A DNA stretch of 64,000 nt, taken from contig CBDCWG010000012.1 in assembly GCA_965223345.1 (NCBI GenBank), positions 2,336,001-2,400,000 of the forward strand, written 5' to 3'. Position numbers and translations under genes: made by a program. Source of the DNA: Nitrospinales bacterium (GTDB taxonomy: Bacteria; Nitrospinota; Nitrospinia; Nitrospinales; VA-1). This document shows positions 31,165 to 41,849 of this stretch, in pieces. The notes beneath the pieces are model-generated. The model did not search any database. It had not been told where the DNA came from and worked only from the letters and a program-made list of their open reading frames with translations. Every line of letters begins with the position of its first letter. The stretch's first letter is position 1.

Positions 31165-31740
31165 TCAGGACAGGGTCTTTTGAAAGATCAACTCGAAAAA
31201 GTAGCAGTAGGCGAAGATCGGCAGCGGCAACCCCACGAGGGTGCCGAGGAGATAGTGGCGGAACCGCACCCGCGAGAGGGCGAGGGCGTAGTTCAGGGCG
31301 GGGACGGTTTGAAACAGCAGGCGCAGCGCGGCGATCGCGCCGACCGGGTGTGCGTCCAGCCTGGCAAAGATGCGGTCGGCGAGCTTGTTGTCCAGGCTGC
31401 GCAAGGCGTTTCCGCCTATGGATTTGATCAGGAAATAACTCAGGGTGCAGGAGGTGATCGCCGCCATGTAGGTTGTGACGCCGCCCCATTCCTTTCCCAG
31501 CGCCAGCACCGCGGCGACCAGGAAGATCCATCCCGGAACATAGAGCAGGTTGCCGGCGCTGAACACCATGCAGAAAAGGAAGATGGCGAGCAGCTGGTTC
31601 TGGTCGAACAGCATCTGGATCTGTTCGGGGGAGAGGCTCTGGCGCAGGCCGGTGACCTCGGCGATCAGGAACAGCGCCGTCAGGAAAGCGACGATCTGCA
31701 GCAACCTGCGTTTCGAATTCGGCTTGGCCAAGCGTTCCAT
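31165..31740 (-). CDS. TVP38/TMEM64 (DedA/VTT) family membrane protein
   Basis: Hydrophobic protein with YVPG, LRL...NYALA, YLLGTLVGLP pattern. Confidence 0.75.
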   Translation of the reverse strand: MERLAKPNSKRRLLQIVAFLTALFLIAEVTGLRQSLSPEQIQMLFDQNQLLAIFLFCMVFSAGNLLYVPGWIFLVAAVLALGKEWGGVTTYMAAITSCTLSYFLIKSIGGNALRSLDNKLADRIFARLDAHPVGAIAALRLLFQTVPALNYALALSRVRFRHYLLGTLVGLPLPIFAYCYFFELIFQKTLS

Positions 31741-31969
31741 GGAACCGGATGTATTTTGTATCCAGGAGTCTTTTCAATATAGTCCAAAATCAGCGGGGGA
31801 CCCATGAAAAAACGATTTGAACCGGTGAGCCCGCGTCCCGGAGAGTGCGGTTCCGGTGCGGGGCGCTGGAGCGCCGGGCTGGGATTCCCGCGATCGCGGT
31901 GGTAATCTGATTGCTCAAGTTTATTCGCGGCGTGCAAACCAACTTTTCTGAAAGAAAAAATCAATTGCC

Positions 31970-32584
31970 ATGACAAACGCGAAATTTTTCACCGTTCTTC
32001 TGTCCATTTTCGCCCTGGTGTTCGTGTGGTCGGCCATCGAACCGCACGACCGGTTCACCTGGTTCCTGGAGGTCGCGCCGGCGCTGATCGGCCTGGGGCT
32101 TTTGTGGGCGACGTACCGGCGGTTTCCGCTGACGCGGCTGCTCTACGTGCTGGTGCTGATCCACGCCGTGGTTCTGATGGTGGGCGGTCACTACACCTAT
32201 GCGAATGTGCCGCTGTTCGACTGGATCAAAGAGGCGTTCGATCTTGAGCGCAACCACTACGACCGGGTCGGTCATCTGGCGCAGGGGTTCTTTCCGGCCA
32301 TCGTCGCGCGCGAGATCCTGCTGCGCACCTCGGTGCTGGAACCGGGGAGATGGCTGTTTTTCATCGTCGTGTGTATCTGTCTGGCGTTCAGCGCGTTCTA
32401 TGAGCTGATCGAAATGTGGGTGGCGCTGGGCACCGGCGAAGCGGCGGAAGCGTTTCTCGGCACGCAGGGGGATGTGTGGGACACCCAGTGGGACATGATG
32501 CTGGCCTGGCTGGGGGCGATGCTTTCCCTTTTGCTGTTGTCCAAAACGCACGACCGGGCGCTGCAAAAGTTGCAGGAGGCGTGA
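31970..32584 (+). CDS. DUF2238 / YjdF-like inner membrane protein
   Basis: GGHYTYANVP, RNHYDRVGH, FLGTQGDVWDTQWDM. Confidence 0.88.
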   Translation: MTNAKFFTVLLSIFALVFVWSAIEPHDRFTWFLEVAPALIGLGLLWATYRRFPLTRLLYVLVLIHAVVLMVGGHYTYANVPLFDWIKEAFDLERNHYDRVGHLAQGFFPAIVAREILLRTSVLEPGRWLFFIVVCICLAFSAFYELIEMWVALGTGEAAEAFLGTQGDVWDTQWDMMLAWLGAMLSLLLLSKTHDRALQKLQEA

Positions 32585-32641
32585 TCCGGCTGTGCTATGC
32601 TGAGCGCATCCGATCATCTTTATCAGGGAGACGGTTTCCCC

Positions 32642-34264
32642 ATGTCCAGCCGCATTGCATCGTCCATCGCGTTGTTCGTGTTCCTGTGCTTTACCGCATT
32701 CGCAGCGGCGGACCCCGCGCCGCATTCCGCTTCCTCCAAACTGGGGAGCGTCGCCTTTCCCAATTCCGGCAAACCGGAAGCGCAGCCTCATTTCATCCGC
32801 GGCGTGGCGGCGCTGCATTCGTTCTGGTACGACGAGGCGCTGCGCTCGTTCCGCAAAGCCACCGGGATCGATCCCGATTTCGCGCTCGGCTACTGGGGCG
32901 AGGCGATGGCGCACAACCACCCGCTCTGGGAGGAGCAGGATGCCGAAGCCGTCCGTAGCGTCCTGAAAAAGATCGGCGACACTTCAAATCTGACGCCGCG
33001 GGAAAACGACTACCTGACAGCCGTGCGCCGGCTCTACGGTGCGGGCGACAAAGCGGCGCGCGATGCGGCCTACTGCAAGGCGATGCAGCGCGTGTATGAA
33101 AAGCATCCCGATGACCTGGAGGCCACATGCTTTTATTCGCTGTCGCTGTTGGGGCTGGCGCGGCACAGCGACGACAAGATCCGCCTGCGGGTGCGCGCGG
33201 GTGCCCTGGCGCTGGAGGTGTTCGAGAAAAACGCGGATCATCCATGCGCCGCGCATTACGCCATCCACGCTTTCGATCATCCGGACCTCGCCATCCTGGC
33301 GCTGCCATCGGCAAAGCGCTACGCGCAGATCGCACCGGCTTCGCATCACGCCCAGCACATGCCCGCGCATATTTTCGTGCAACTGGGCATGTGGCCGGAA
33401 GCGGCCGCCTCCAACGAGGGCGGCTGGAAAACCTCGGTGGCCTGGGTCGAACGCGATGGATTGCCGATAGGCAAGCGCGATTACCACAGCCTGCAATGGC
33501 TGCATTACGCCTATCTGCAGCAGGGACGGCTCGGAGAAGCCGACGCGCTGTTTCAGCGCAAGCTGGACGACATGCAGGCCGTGCACGCGGACCCGGAAAC
33601 CGCAAAGATCAAGGCCAACCGGCGCGCGGCGAAATACTACGAACGCATGGCCGCCGCCGCGGTGCTGGAAACCGAACGCTGGGAACTGGCCGAGGATCTG
33701 AAAAACCCGCCGGGCTGGAATCCGGGACCGTACGGGAAAGCCGGGCTCACCTTTGTGCTCGGCTATGCGGCGGCGATGCGCGGAGCGCCCGAAGCCAAAC
33801 AGTACCTGGCCGATCTACAGGCGCTGCGCGAATCGATTTCCTCGGGCAATTATTTCGACCGCGCCGAACGCGTCGCCATCTGGGCTCTCGCCCTCGAGGC
33901 CGTGCTGCTGGCCAAACAGAACGATTTCGACGGCGCGATCGCCAAAATGAGCGAAGCGCACGCCATCGAGAAGACGCTGCCGCCGCCGTCGGGGCCGCCG
34001 CGCATCCTCAAACCCACACACGAACTGCTCGGGGAGATCCATCTGTGGGCGGGCCAGCCCGAGAAAGCGGCGGAGCAGCTCCGCATTGCGCTGGCGCGCC
34101 AGCCGAACCGCGCGCGCTCGCTTCTGGGTGCGGCGCGGGCCGCCGCGAAACAAGGCGACCGGGAAGAAGCGGCCGAGTTTTACGCGTCGCTATTGACCGT
34201 GTGGTCGCAGGCCTCTCCCGGCCTGCAAGGCTTGCAAGAGGCGCGCGCGTTTCTTGAAAAATAA
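32642..34264 (+). CDS. Exported TPR-containing protein
   Basis: Signal peptide; GVAALHSFWY...DPDFALGYWGEAMA, HYAIHAFD, HAQHMPAHIF, PNRARSLLG. Confidence 0.8.
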   Translation: MSSRIASSIALFVFLCFTAFAAADPAPHSASSKLGSVAFPNSGKPEAQPHFIRGVAALHSFWYDEALRSFRKATGIDPDFALGYWGEAMAHNHPLWEEQDAEAVRSVLKKIGDTSNLTPRENDYLTAVRRLYGAGDKAARDAAYCKAMQRVYEKHPDDLEATCFYSLSLLGLARHSDDKIRLRVRAGALALEVFEKNADHPCAAHYAIHAFDHPDLAILALPSAKRYAQIAPASHHAQHMPAHIFVQLGMWPEAAASNEGGWKTSVAWVERDGLPIGKRDYHSLQWLHYAYLQQGRLGEADALFQRKLDDMQAVHADPETAKIKANRRAAKYYERMAAAAVLETERWELAEDLKNPPGWNPGPYGKAGLTFVLGYAAAMRGAPEAKQYLADLQALRESISSGNYFDRAERVAIWALALEAVLLAKQNDFDGAIAKMSEAHAIEKTLPPPSGPPRILKPTHELLGEIHLWAGQPEKAAEQLRIALARQPNRARSLLGAARAAAKQGDREEAAEFYASLLTVWSQASPGLQGLQEARAFLEK

Positions 34265-34553
34265 ATTCCTACCTGTCCTCTCACTGTTCTGAAACCAGAC
34301 CGGACCGCCTGTGCCCTGCCGGATAGGAGTGCGCCAAAACGGGCTAATCGCGCCGGTGTTTTTGCAATTGCATCGTCTGTGATGGGCGATTCGGCGGGCC
34401 TGCCTTTGTGTTTCCGCAACCGGGGGATGGTTGTCGCAAATTAGGCCAAATTTAAAATATTTTTTAAACTCTGATGTGGGATCTTATGAAATAAGGCATT
34501 ATTTCTAAATCCTTTATAAAAACGTCAGTTGTGAAAAATGCACATTAAATAAA

Positions 34554-34581
34554 TTGACTGAATTAGCATATATTGTTTAAT
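34554..34581 (+). promoter_or_regulatory. Candidate sigma70 promoter for the OMP gene
   Basis: TTGACT-N16-TTTAAT in an AT-rich intergenic region. Confidence 0.4.
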
Positions 34582-34625
34582 AGGGATACCGGAGGCGGGG
34601 ATCATTCCTTTTTGAGGACAGAACC

Positions 34626-35318
34626 ATGCGACGCATTGGGTTTGTTTTGTTTCTCTGCGGGACATTGATCGGGATTTCCAGCGCTCAGGCCACCACCGTT
34701 TACACGAGCGATCCCAGCGTGTTGAATTCCTACAACCGGGATCGCACCGGTATCTACGTTTCCGCTCAAGGCGGGGCGACGTTCTTGCTGAATGCGGACC
34801 ACGACGGTGCGGGTGCGGCCGATTTCGAAACCGAGCACGATACGGGATGGAACGCCGGCGGCAGTCTGGGAGTGGACTTCGGCGAGTTCCGCACGGAATT
34901 CGAACTGAACTACCGGGAAAACGACGTGGACAAGCTCAAAGCGCCCGGCCTCACCGATTCCTCTCCGGGTGGATCCATCTCGGTCTTCAGCTTTCTTCTC
35001 AACGCATTTTACGATTTTGAAAACCGCACCGGGTTTACGCCTTACATCGGCGCGGGAGTTGGCGGGGCGGTGGTTTCGCTGGATAAAGTGACCGACTTCA
35101 CCGGGACGGTGGCCAACGTGAACGCCGAGCAAACCGTGTTCGCCTTCAAGGGCATCGTCGGCGGTTCCCTGGCCTTGACGCCGCGCATCGACCTGACGGT
35201 CGATTATTCCTTTTTCGGCACCTCCGATCCCGAATTTGAAAACAGTGCGACCGGAGGCAAGATCGATTCGGAGATCCGCAGCCACAACGTCAACGGCGGC
35301 CTGCGCTTCCGCTTTTAG
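34626..35318 (+). CDS. Outer-membrane beta-barrel protein (opacity/OmpA-like 8-strand)
   Basis: Signal peptide, NAFYDF, TPYIGAGVG, C-terminal GLRFRF. Confidence 0.88.
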   Translation: MRRIGFVLFLCGTLIGISSAQATTVYTSDPSVLNSYNRDRTGIYVSAQGGATFLLNADHDGAGAADFETEHDTGWNAGGSLGVDFGEFRTEFELNYRENDVDKLKAPGLTDSSPGGSISVFSFLLNAFYDFENRTGFTPYIGAGVGGAVVSLDKVTDFTGTVANVNAEQTVFAFKGIVGGSLALTPRIDLTVDYSFFGTSDPEFENSATGGKIDSEIRSHNVNGGLRFRF

Positions 35319-35523
35319 ATCCCGTCGGCTGCGCCGATTGCGCTTTCCGCCTGCCGGATGGAATCCGTTCCGGCAACGCCGCCCCGGCTATTCCGTTCCT
35401 TTTCACACCGCATGCCACCTCTGTGTTTGAAATGCCCGTTCCTTGTGGTTAAATAGTTGAGTCCCGAATGATTCAATATGGTTTGACCGCCGCGCCGCAG
35501 TGCGTGCGCCAGGAGGAAGGGCT

Positions 35524-36426
35524 TTGGACAGAGATCGCAGTGCAAGATGGATGGGAGTTGTGGCAGGCGTGCTGTTGCTGGGTTGGATCCTGGCGTCGGA
35601 CGCGATTGCGGATTCGGGGCCGAAGCTGCGGCCCAACGAGATCGGATCGTTTTCCGGTCCATTGCAGCGGGCGGCGAAAGCCGGGGACCGGGCCGCGGCG
35701 GAGAAGCTGCTGGCCGAAGGGACCGAGATCGATGCGCAGAACGAATGGGGCATCACGGCGCTGTATGCCGCGGTGTTCGACAACCAACCGGAGCTTGTGG
35801 ATTATTTGATCGGCCGGGGCGCGGATGTCAACCTCGCGGATCACGAAGGGCTGACGCCGCTGCATGTGGCCGGACTGGAGGATCACGATTCCCTGGCGCG
35901 CCTGCTGCTCGATGAGGGAGCGCAACTGGAGTACAAAGACAAGTACGGCTACTCGCCCCTGCATCTGGCGGTGGATCAGGGAAGCGACCGGGTGGCGCGC
36001 CTGCTGATTGCGGCGGGGGCCGAGATCAACGTCGCCTCGGAATGGAGCAACACGCCCCTGCATGCCGCGGTGGCACAAAAAAATCCGGCGATGGTGCGCC
36101 TGCTGCTTGATGAGGGAGCGCGCGTCGAAGCGCAGGACCGGCTGGGACGCACGGCGCTGCACTGGGTGGCGGAGACCGGCACCCTCGAGGTGGCGAAGAT
36201 TCTCATCGCATACGGAGCCGGACTGGATGCGTCCGATCGAGACGGAGAAACGCCGCTGCATGAAGCGTCCAAGTGGAACCACGTCGCCATCGTGCGCCTG
36301 CTGATCGCCAGCGGCGCCGATGTCAACGCCAGGGGTTCCGACGGCCGCAGCCCGGTGCTGCTGGCGATTGCGCACGGCAGCATGGATGTCGTGAAACTGC
36401 TGGAAGCCAACGGCGGCGCCTGGTGA
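35524..36426 (+). CDS. Exported ankyrin-repeat protein
   Basis: About 8 repeats of G.TPLH.A...G...V.LL...GA; TTG at 35524 after AGGAGG; signal peptide. Confidence 0.88.
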   Translation: MDRDRSARWMGVVAGVLLLGWILASDAIADSGPKLRPNEIGSFSGPLQRAAKAGDRAAAEKLLAEGTEIDAQNEWGITALYAAVFDNQPELVDYLIGRGADVNLADHEGLTPLHVAGLEDHDSLARLLLDEGAQLEYKDKYGYSPLHLAVDQGSDRVARLLIAAGAEINVASEWSNTPLHAAVAQKNPAMVRLLLDEGARVEAQDRLGRTALHWVAETGTLEVAKILIAYGAGLDASDRDGETPLHEASKWNHVAIVRLLIASGADVNARGSDGRSPVLLAIAHGSMDVVKLLEANGGAW

Positions 36427-36938
36427 CCGGGAAACCGCCGTTTTGATTTCGCCGATCCGATATTTTCACCTGTTTGCCGATTTCCCGCTGAATCGATTCC
36501 TTACATTTGCCTTCCAGTCTCGATCTTCGAGCCGTTTGCCGATCCGGCCCGGCTTTTCCGTGAAGCTCCCGAATCAATACCAAGTGATTGAATTGTTGGA
36601 AAATGGGGGGCTCCCTCCTTTACGTTTTGCCCCCTGAGAAGCGGGAAGGTACGATCTTGACCGTATTCTGTAATTGTGACGGCTTTGTGACCCGTTGCGG
36701 ATGCGAACGTTGAATGGCAACGGTATTCTCTCAAGATCGCATTGTGCCGGTTTTCTCTGCCGAACCGGCGGTCCGAAATCCTCTGAAATTTTACCCCATA
36801 AAGTTTCAATCCTGGTTGAAAACCTGATAACTTTGGTATTAAGCCAAACGGGTTTCCCATTGAGACCGCTTCCCATAACTGGGAAGCGTGTGGCCGCATC
36901 GTGTCGGAAAATGGGGGACCGTCACGTATTTCCGGAAA

Positions 36939-38081
36939 ATGAGTTTGACGCCGATCAAAGTCGTACACATCATCACCACACTGGGCTCCGGTGGCGCGCA
37001 ACGCATGTTGTGCCGGCTGGTGAAGCAAAGCCAGTCGTCGCGCATCCAGCACAGTGTGATCACGCTGCTGGAAGGCGGTGTGAACATCGCGCCGATGCGC
37101 AATGCGAACATCGATGTGGTCGAACTGGACCTGCGCTTCGGCAATCTGATCGGGACGACCCTGCAACTGACGCGCGCCGTGCGCAACCAGAAACCCAACC
37201 TGGTGCACGGCTGGATGTACCACGGCAACCTGGCGGCGACGCTCGGGGGCCGGCTCTACAAAGCCCGCTGTCCGCTGGTCTGGAACGTGCGTCACTCCGC
37301 CTGCAACCTGCAGGACGAAAAACCCTCCACCCGCAAGATCATCCGGCTCGGCAAGCAGTTGTCCGGTTTTTCCGATGTGATCGTCTACTGCTCGAAAGAA
37401 AGTGCGGAGGATCACGCGCGCCTGGGTTACCCGCAGAGCAAGGCGGTGGTCATTCCCAATGGATTCGAGGTGGACGTCTTCAAACCCAATGCCAACGGGC
37501 GCGGTTCGCTGGCGGCGCGGCTCGGCGTCGATGCGGACACGCCCATCCTCTGCATGGCCGCGCGTTACGCCCCCATGAAAGACCATCGCGGCATGGTCGA
37601 GGCGATGGTGCGGCTCAAGCAGCGCGGGCAGAAAGCGCACCTGATCATGCTGGGCAGGGGCGTGGACAATGGCAATGAAGAGCTCAACGCGCTGCTGGAA
37701 CGATCCGGCGTCGCCGATTGCGTCAGTCTGTTGGGCGAGCAGACGGACATGACGCCGATTTATGCGGCGACCGACATCGTGGTGGTGCCTTCCGCCTGGG
37801 GCGAAGCGTTCCCCAATGTGCTGGGGGAAGGAATGGCTTCGGGCATTCCCTGTGTGTCCACCGATGTGGGCGACAGCCGCTGGATCGTCGGCGATGCGGG
37901 GGTGGTCGTGCCGCCGCGGGACCCGGACGCGCTGGCGGACGCCATCGGCGATCTCATCGCAATGGGGAAGCAATGCCGCCGCGAGCTGGGCGCAAGAGGA
38001 CGGCAGCGCATATTGCAGAACTTCACCATCGAGCGCATCGCCAACCAGTACGAAGACCTGTACCGCAAGCTCGTGTCTTGA
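36939..38081 (+). CDS. Glycosyltransferase family 4
   Basis: HIITTLGSGGAQ, HGWMYHGN, EAFPNVLGEGMASG, TDVGD. Confidence 0.9.
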   Translation: MSLTPIKVVHIITTLGSGGAQRMLCRLVKQSQSSRIQHSVITLLEGGVNIAPMRNANIDVVELDLRFGNLIGTTLQLTRAVRNQKPNLVHGWMYHGNLAATLGGRLYKARCPLVWNVRHSACNLQDEKPSTRKIIRLGKQLSGFSDVIVYCSKESAEDHARLGYPQSKAVVIPNGFEVDVFKPNANGRGSLAARLGVDADTPILCMAARYAPMKDHRGMVEAMVRLKQRGQKAHLIMLGRGVDNGNEELNALLERSGVADCVSLLGEQTDMTPIYAATDIVVVPSAWGEAFPNVLGEGMASGIPCVSTDVGDSRWIVGDAGVVVPPRDPDALADAIGDLIAMGKQCRRELGARGRQRILQNFTIERIANQYEDLYRKLVS

Positions 38082-38263
38082 GTTCTGCGCTTCCCTCCTG
38101 AAAAGAGCTGATTTTTCCTTTCCCGTCCACGGACACAATGGAATAATGCAAACGATGCGGGTGGAGGGGGCTCTGCTTTTCCTGGAGTGGGTTCCGCCAA
38201 CGCCGCAAGCTGGGTCGGAAGTCCCGGTGTGCCTTTCCTGAAAACCTTCCTGGCGGTCTTTGA

Positions 38264-38929
38264 ATGAATTCACCTCCTGCTATTGGGCCGAAGTATCTTC
38301 ATATTGCATCTCTGATCGATTGCGGAAGCCATGTTCTGGATGTCGGCTGCGGCGGCGGGCAATTGGGTTCGGCCATCAAGGGAAAAGGCTGTCTCGTGGA
38401 TGGAATGGATCTCAAGCTGGATCGGCTGGGCTCACGCAGCGAGTGCTACCGGAATCTGTACAAAGTGGATGTGGAGCGGCTGGATTTCAAGGATCATCGT
38501 GAAGCGTACGATGTGGTTGTCTTTTCCGATGTGTTGGAGCATTTGCAGCATCCCGGGTCGATACTCGAAAATGCAAAGCTGATTTTGCGGAAAACGGGAA
38601 AAGTGATCGTGTTTTTGCCCAATGTCGCTTATTTCAGCAACCGGCTGAACCTGCTTTCCGGGAATTGGGACTACCAGGACGAAGGCATCCTCGACCGAAC
38701 GCACCTGCGGTTTTACACGCTGTCCACGGCAGCGAATCTGATCGAGACAGCGGGTTACGGCATCGAACGGCGTATCGACGAAATACCGGTCATCGATTCC
38801 ACCTTTAAGCGAAGTTTGTTTGCCTTTCTCGCGCGGCGCTGGCCGTCCGTCTTTTCAATTGGCTGGGTATTCCATGCCGTGCAACGGTCAACCCTCACCC
38901 CCTCAAACCCCGGGGCCGTATTATCATGA
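38264..38929 (+). CDS. Class I SAM-dependent methyltransferase
   Basis: VLDVGCGGG, DVLEHL, PNVA, GILDRTHLRFYT. Confidence 0.88.
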   Translation: MNSPPAIGPKYLHIASLIDCGSHVLDVGCGGGQLGSAIKGKGCLVDGMDLKLDRLGSRSECYRNLYKVDVERLDFKDHREAYDVVVFSDVLEHLQHPGSILENAKLILRKTGKVIVFLPNVAYFSNRLNLLSGNWDYQDEGILDRTHLRFYTLSTAANLIETAGYGIERRIDEIPVIDSTFKRSLFAFLARRWPSVFSIGWVFHAVQRSTLTPSNPGAVLS

Positions 38930-38967
38930 AGCGCCCGGCGTGAAGCAACGCGTTCTGCGCGATCCTG

Positions 38968-39603
38968 TCACATCATCGGGCCGGGCATGTAGATGGTGCC
39001 GCCGGGGGAATCGTGCGTGTGAATTTCACCGCCGAAGCCCAGCATTTCCGAAGCGCGCCTGGCTTCTTCCGGGGTCTTGTACATGTGGTCCATGATGTCC
39101 CTGCTGAGGGTGGGCGACTCTTTTTTCTGGGCGCCGCCGGAGCCTTCTTCCTGGTGATGGCTGCTGCCGGAACCTTCCTCCTGATGCCCCGCAGAACCTT
39201 CACGGTAGCTCGGCCGCATGCCCTGCTGGATCATGGCGAGGGCTTCGTTCATCTGGGTGAAGAAACGGGTTTTTTCCGTGTAGCCTTCCACCCTGCCGGC
39301 TTCGCGCTGGTTCTCGGCGTCCCAGATGATGAAGGTGGGCGTGCCGATGATTTCCCCCACCTGGTTTTTCTGCAGCGCATCGTCGAGCCACTGCGGGAAG
39401 TTCGCGCCCTGCAGGGTCAGCACTTTTTTCAGCGGAATGGCTTTGCCCACATCGCTGGAAGGGTACTCCGGCAGCACTTCTTCCTGCCAGCGTTTGGAGT
39501 TTTTCGAATTTTCACCGCTCAGCACCATGAGGTCGTAGGCCATCACCTGGGCGGGGAGAGCGAGAAGCAGGCCGGTTAGAAACGCAAGAACTGTCTTTTT
39601 CAT
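38968..39603 (-). CDS. Exported cysteine-free SoxS-like thioredoxin-fold protein with His/Glu linker
   Basis: Signal peptide; YP.S..G...PL, GTPTFIIW, GRVEGY; SKNS at the CxxC position. Confidence 0.65.
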   Translation of the reverse strand: MKKTVLAFLTGLLLALPAQVMAYDLMVLSGENSKNSKRWQEEVLPEYPSSDVGKAIPLKKVLTLQGANFPQWLDDALQKNQVGEIIGTPTFIIWDAENQREAGRVEGYTEKTRFFTQMNEALAMIQQGMRPSYREGSAGHQEEGSGSSHHQEEGSGGAQKKESPTLSRDIMDHMYKTPEEARRASEMLGFGGEIHTHDSPGGTIYMPGPMM

Positions 39604-39751
39604 ATCGAATTCCTTTCGGAACGGGTTCGCGGGGTCGAGCTGAAACGGGATACCTCTATCTTACCGCAGGGGCCGGTGCGCAACGCAAGAAAATACGCGA
39701 CTGGGAATCCAGCGGGCGCAAGCCGGAAGAAGAGTGCTAACCCTTTGCTTA

Positions 39752-41341
39752 TCAATGTGGAGCCGGATCCGCACCGTCGTAGGCGGAGATGAAATTGAAC
39801 AGGCCGTAGGAGGCGTGCGGATCGAAGTCGTCGCACAATGTGTGGCGGAAATCTTCGTACACGCATTTTTCGATCCTGTTTTTGCGGTGCGCCAGCTGCT
39901 CGCTATCGGGATCGGAGATCACGTTCCACAGGCTGTCGCAGATGGATTTGAGGTCGCCGTTGTGGTTTTTCCAGCGGCAGTACCCGCCCTGGATGACTTC
40001 GTAGGTGAAATCGTGCGGGCCGTACCCGAATCCTGCGTTGCCCGCATAGCCCACCCGGTACCAGCCGTTGGACCCGTCCCAGTAGTTGTTGAACAGGGGC
40101 AGCTTCAGCGTGCCGGAAAAAATCCGGTAAGCCAACTGGTTGGCCATCTTCTGCATGTCCTTGTCATCCGGGAACGATGAGCGCGTGATCGCCCGGTTGT
40201 TGTGCAGGGTGTTCAGGACGTAGACGATGCGGGACATGTGCGCCAGATCCCAGGAAAGATCCTCGACCGGCGCTGCGTCCTTTTCTTCGGGGAATTTTTT
40301 GCCGGTGTAGCCGGCGTACTGGTTGTCCTCGTGATCCGTCCAGGCACCCGGGTCGAAATTGTAGCCTTTGACGGGGCGGCCCTCAAAATCGGTCAGTTCG
40401 GTTTCGACGAAGCGCGAGCGGATCAATCGCATGCCGGTTTGCAGGTATTCTTCGAACTGCGATTTGAGTGCAGGCTCGATGCGCACCCGCTCGGGTGCGA
40501 GCGCGTGCGCGGCCAGCATCTCGACCAAACCTGTAACGACCCACATGTCGTCGTCGCCCAGTTGATTGCAGTAGGACGGTTCGGCGTTGAACGCGCGGTC
40601 CAGCTTTTTCTGGATGAACTCCCGGTGCGTGAACAGGCCGCTTCCGCAGCCCCATCCGCGCACCTGAAACTGCGGCGTGTCGTCCACGATCCAGCGCTTG
40701 TAGGTGTGCTGCACAACGATGTCAGCATAGCGGTCGATCACCGCTTCCATGTTTTCGGTTCGCCACTGCGGTTCCAGGGTGAGAAACCGGTGGATGGAGC
40801 GGGCGATCAGGTAGAGGAACTGCGAGTTCTCCAGAAAATCCTCCACCTGGATGACGGTTTCGGGATTGGAAACCTCGCGGTCCTTGACCCACATGAGCCT
40901 GGGCTCGGAAAAGGGGAATTGCCGGAAGCCGTCGTAGCGGTAAAACCAGCGCGCGGTGAAGGCCCAGTAGTGGTTTCTGATCTTGAGGTGGTTCAAGGGC
41001 ACGAGCAGCATTTTTGCCAGCCGGTCCAGGTGCGGCCTGCTTTTCACCTGCACCGTGTAATCGAGAAACAGCGTGACGTTCTGCTGCAGATTGTAGAGAA
41101 TCGACGTGTCGTTGCGGTAGTTCTCGGCGTCGCGGAGGTCGGTGAGGTTGTCCTCCTCCACATAATCGAACAGGGGATCGAGCATTTTAAAACGCTTGGC
41201 CTGCTGCGGGGTCATGCTTGCGATCTCAGGCGACACCGCGTCTTCGCCGGCGGCGCGTTTGCCCCAGACGGGATACGCACAGCCCCACAACAGCAATGCG
41301 GAAAACAGCACCATGCGTTTGAAGCCGGTGAACCGATTCAA
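39752..41341 (-). CDS. Hypothetical exported protein (529 aa)
   Basis: Long ORF, TTG after GGAGG, signal peptide or lipobox (LLWGC), aromatic-rich. Confidence 0.75.
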   Translation of the reverse strand: MNRFTGFKRMVLFSALLLWGCAYPVWGKRAAGEDAVSPEIASMTPQQAKRFKMLDPLFDYVEEDNLTDLRDAENYRNDTSILYNLQQNVTLFLDYTVQVKSRPHLDRLAKMLLVPLNHLKIRNHYWAFTARWFYRYDGFRQFPFSEPRLMWVKDREVSNPETVIQVEDFLENSQFLYLIARSIHRFLTLEPQWRTENMEAVIDRYADIVVQHTYKRWIVDDTPQFQVRGWGCGSGLFTHREFIQKKLDRAFNAEPSYCNQLGDDDMWVVTGLVEMLAAHALAPERVRIEPALKSQFEEYLQTGMRLIRSRFVETELTDFEGRPVKGYNFDPGAWTDHEDNQYAGYTGKKFPEEKDAAPVEDLSWDLAHMSRIVYVLNTLHNNRAITRSSFPDDKDMQKMANQLAYRIFSGTLKLPLFNNYWDGSNGWYRVGYAGNAGFGYGPHDFTYEVIQGGYCRWKNHNGDLKSICDSLWNVISDPDSEQLAHRKNRIEKCVYEDFRHTLCDDFDPHASYGLFNFISAYDGADPAPH

Positions 41342-41849
41342 CCCCGCCTCCTGGGAACGTTCGTACTGGGGCTGTCATTTTGCTCAAAATGCGCGTCCGT
41401 GTCTGTCAAAATCGGGGTGAATTGGACGGATATGCGTTTGCAGGCAAGAACCATCACTGAAGTCCTTTGTTTGTATGCGTTTTCTGTGTCGCTGCCGTTC
41501 GATGCCTTGGAATCCTGTATTTTTCACGCACACAGCGTGAAGCGGTGATCGTCAAAATATTGGCGATTTGTGCGGGGCTGTGGAAAACCCGGTAACCCGT
41601 TTTGGAATAGGCGCTCGAATCGGTTGCGGGGGCAGGGGAGGAGGCCGTTTTGTGCGCCCGTGTGCGGCGAAAACCCGCTGGCCGGAAGCGGCGGAAGAAG
41701 CGGCGGCTTGGTGCCGGATATGCAAAAAAAAATTTAAAATCGGTCATTTAACTCTTAATTTCCCCTTTAAAATTGCCGAAGATAAGATGATGGTGAGAGT
41801 AGGCACAATGGAACACAAAGTCCGTTAACGACATTTCAGGGAGAAAAGG

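Noticed and set aside
30950..31777. 883-aa extended TypA ORF
   Set aside because: The extension is an off-frame read through the TVP38 gene with Arg/Pro-rich shadow composition; TypA homology starts at MNQDHIRN (30949)
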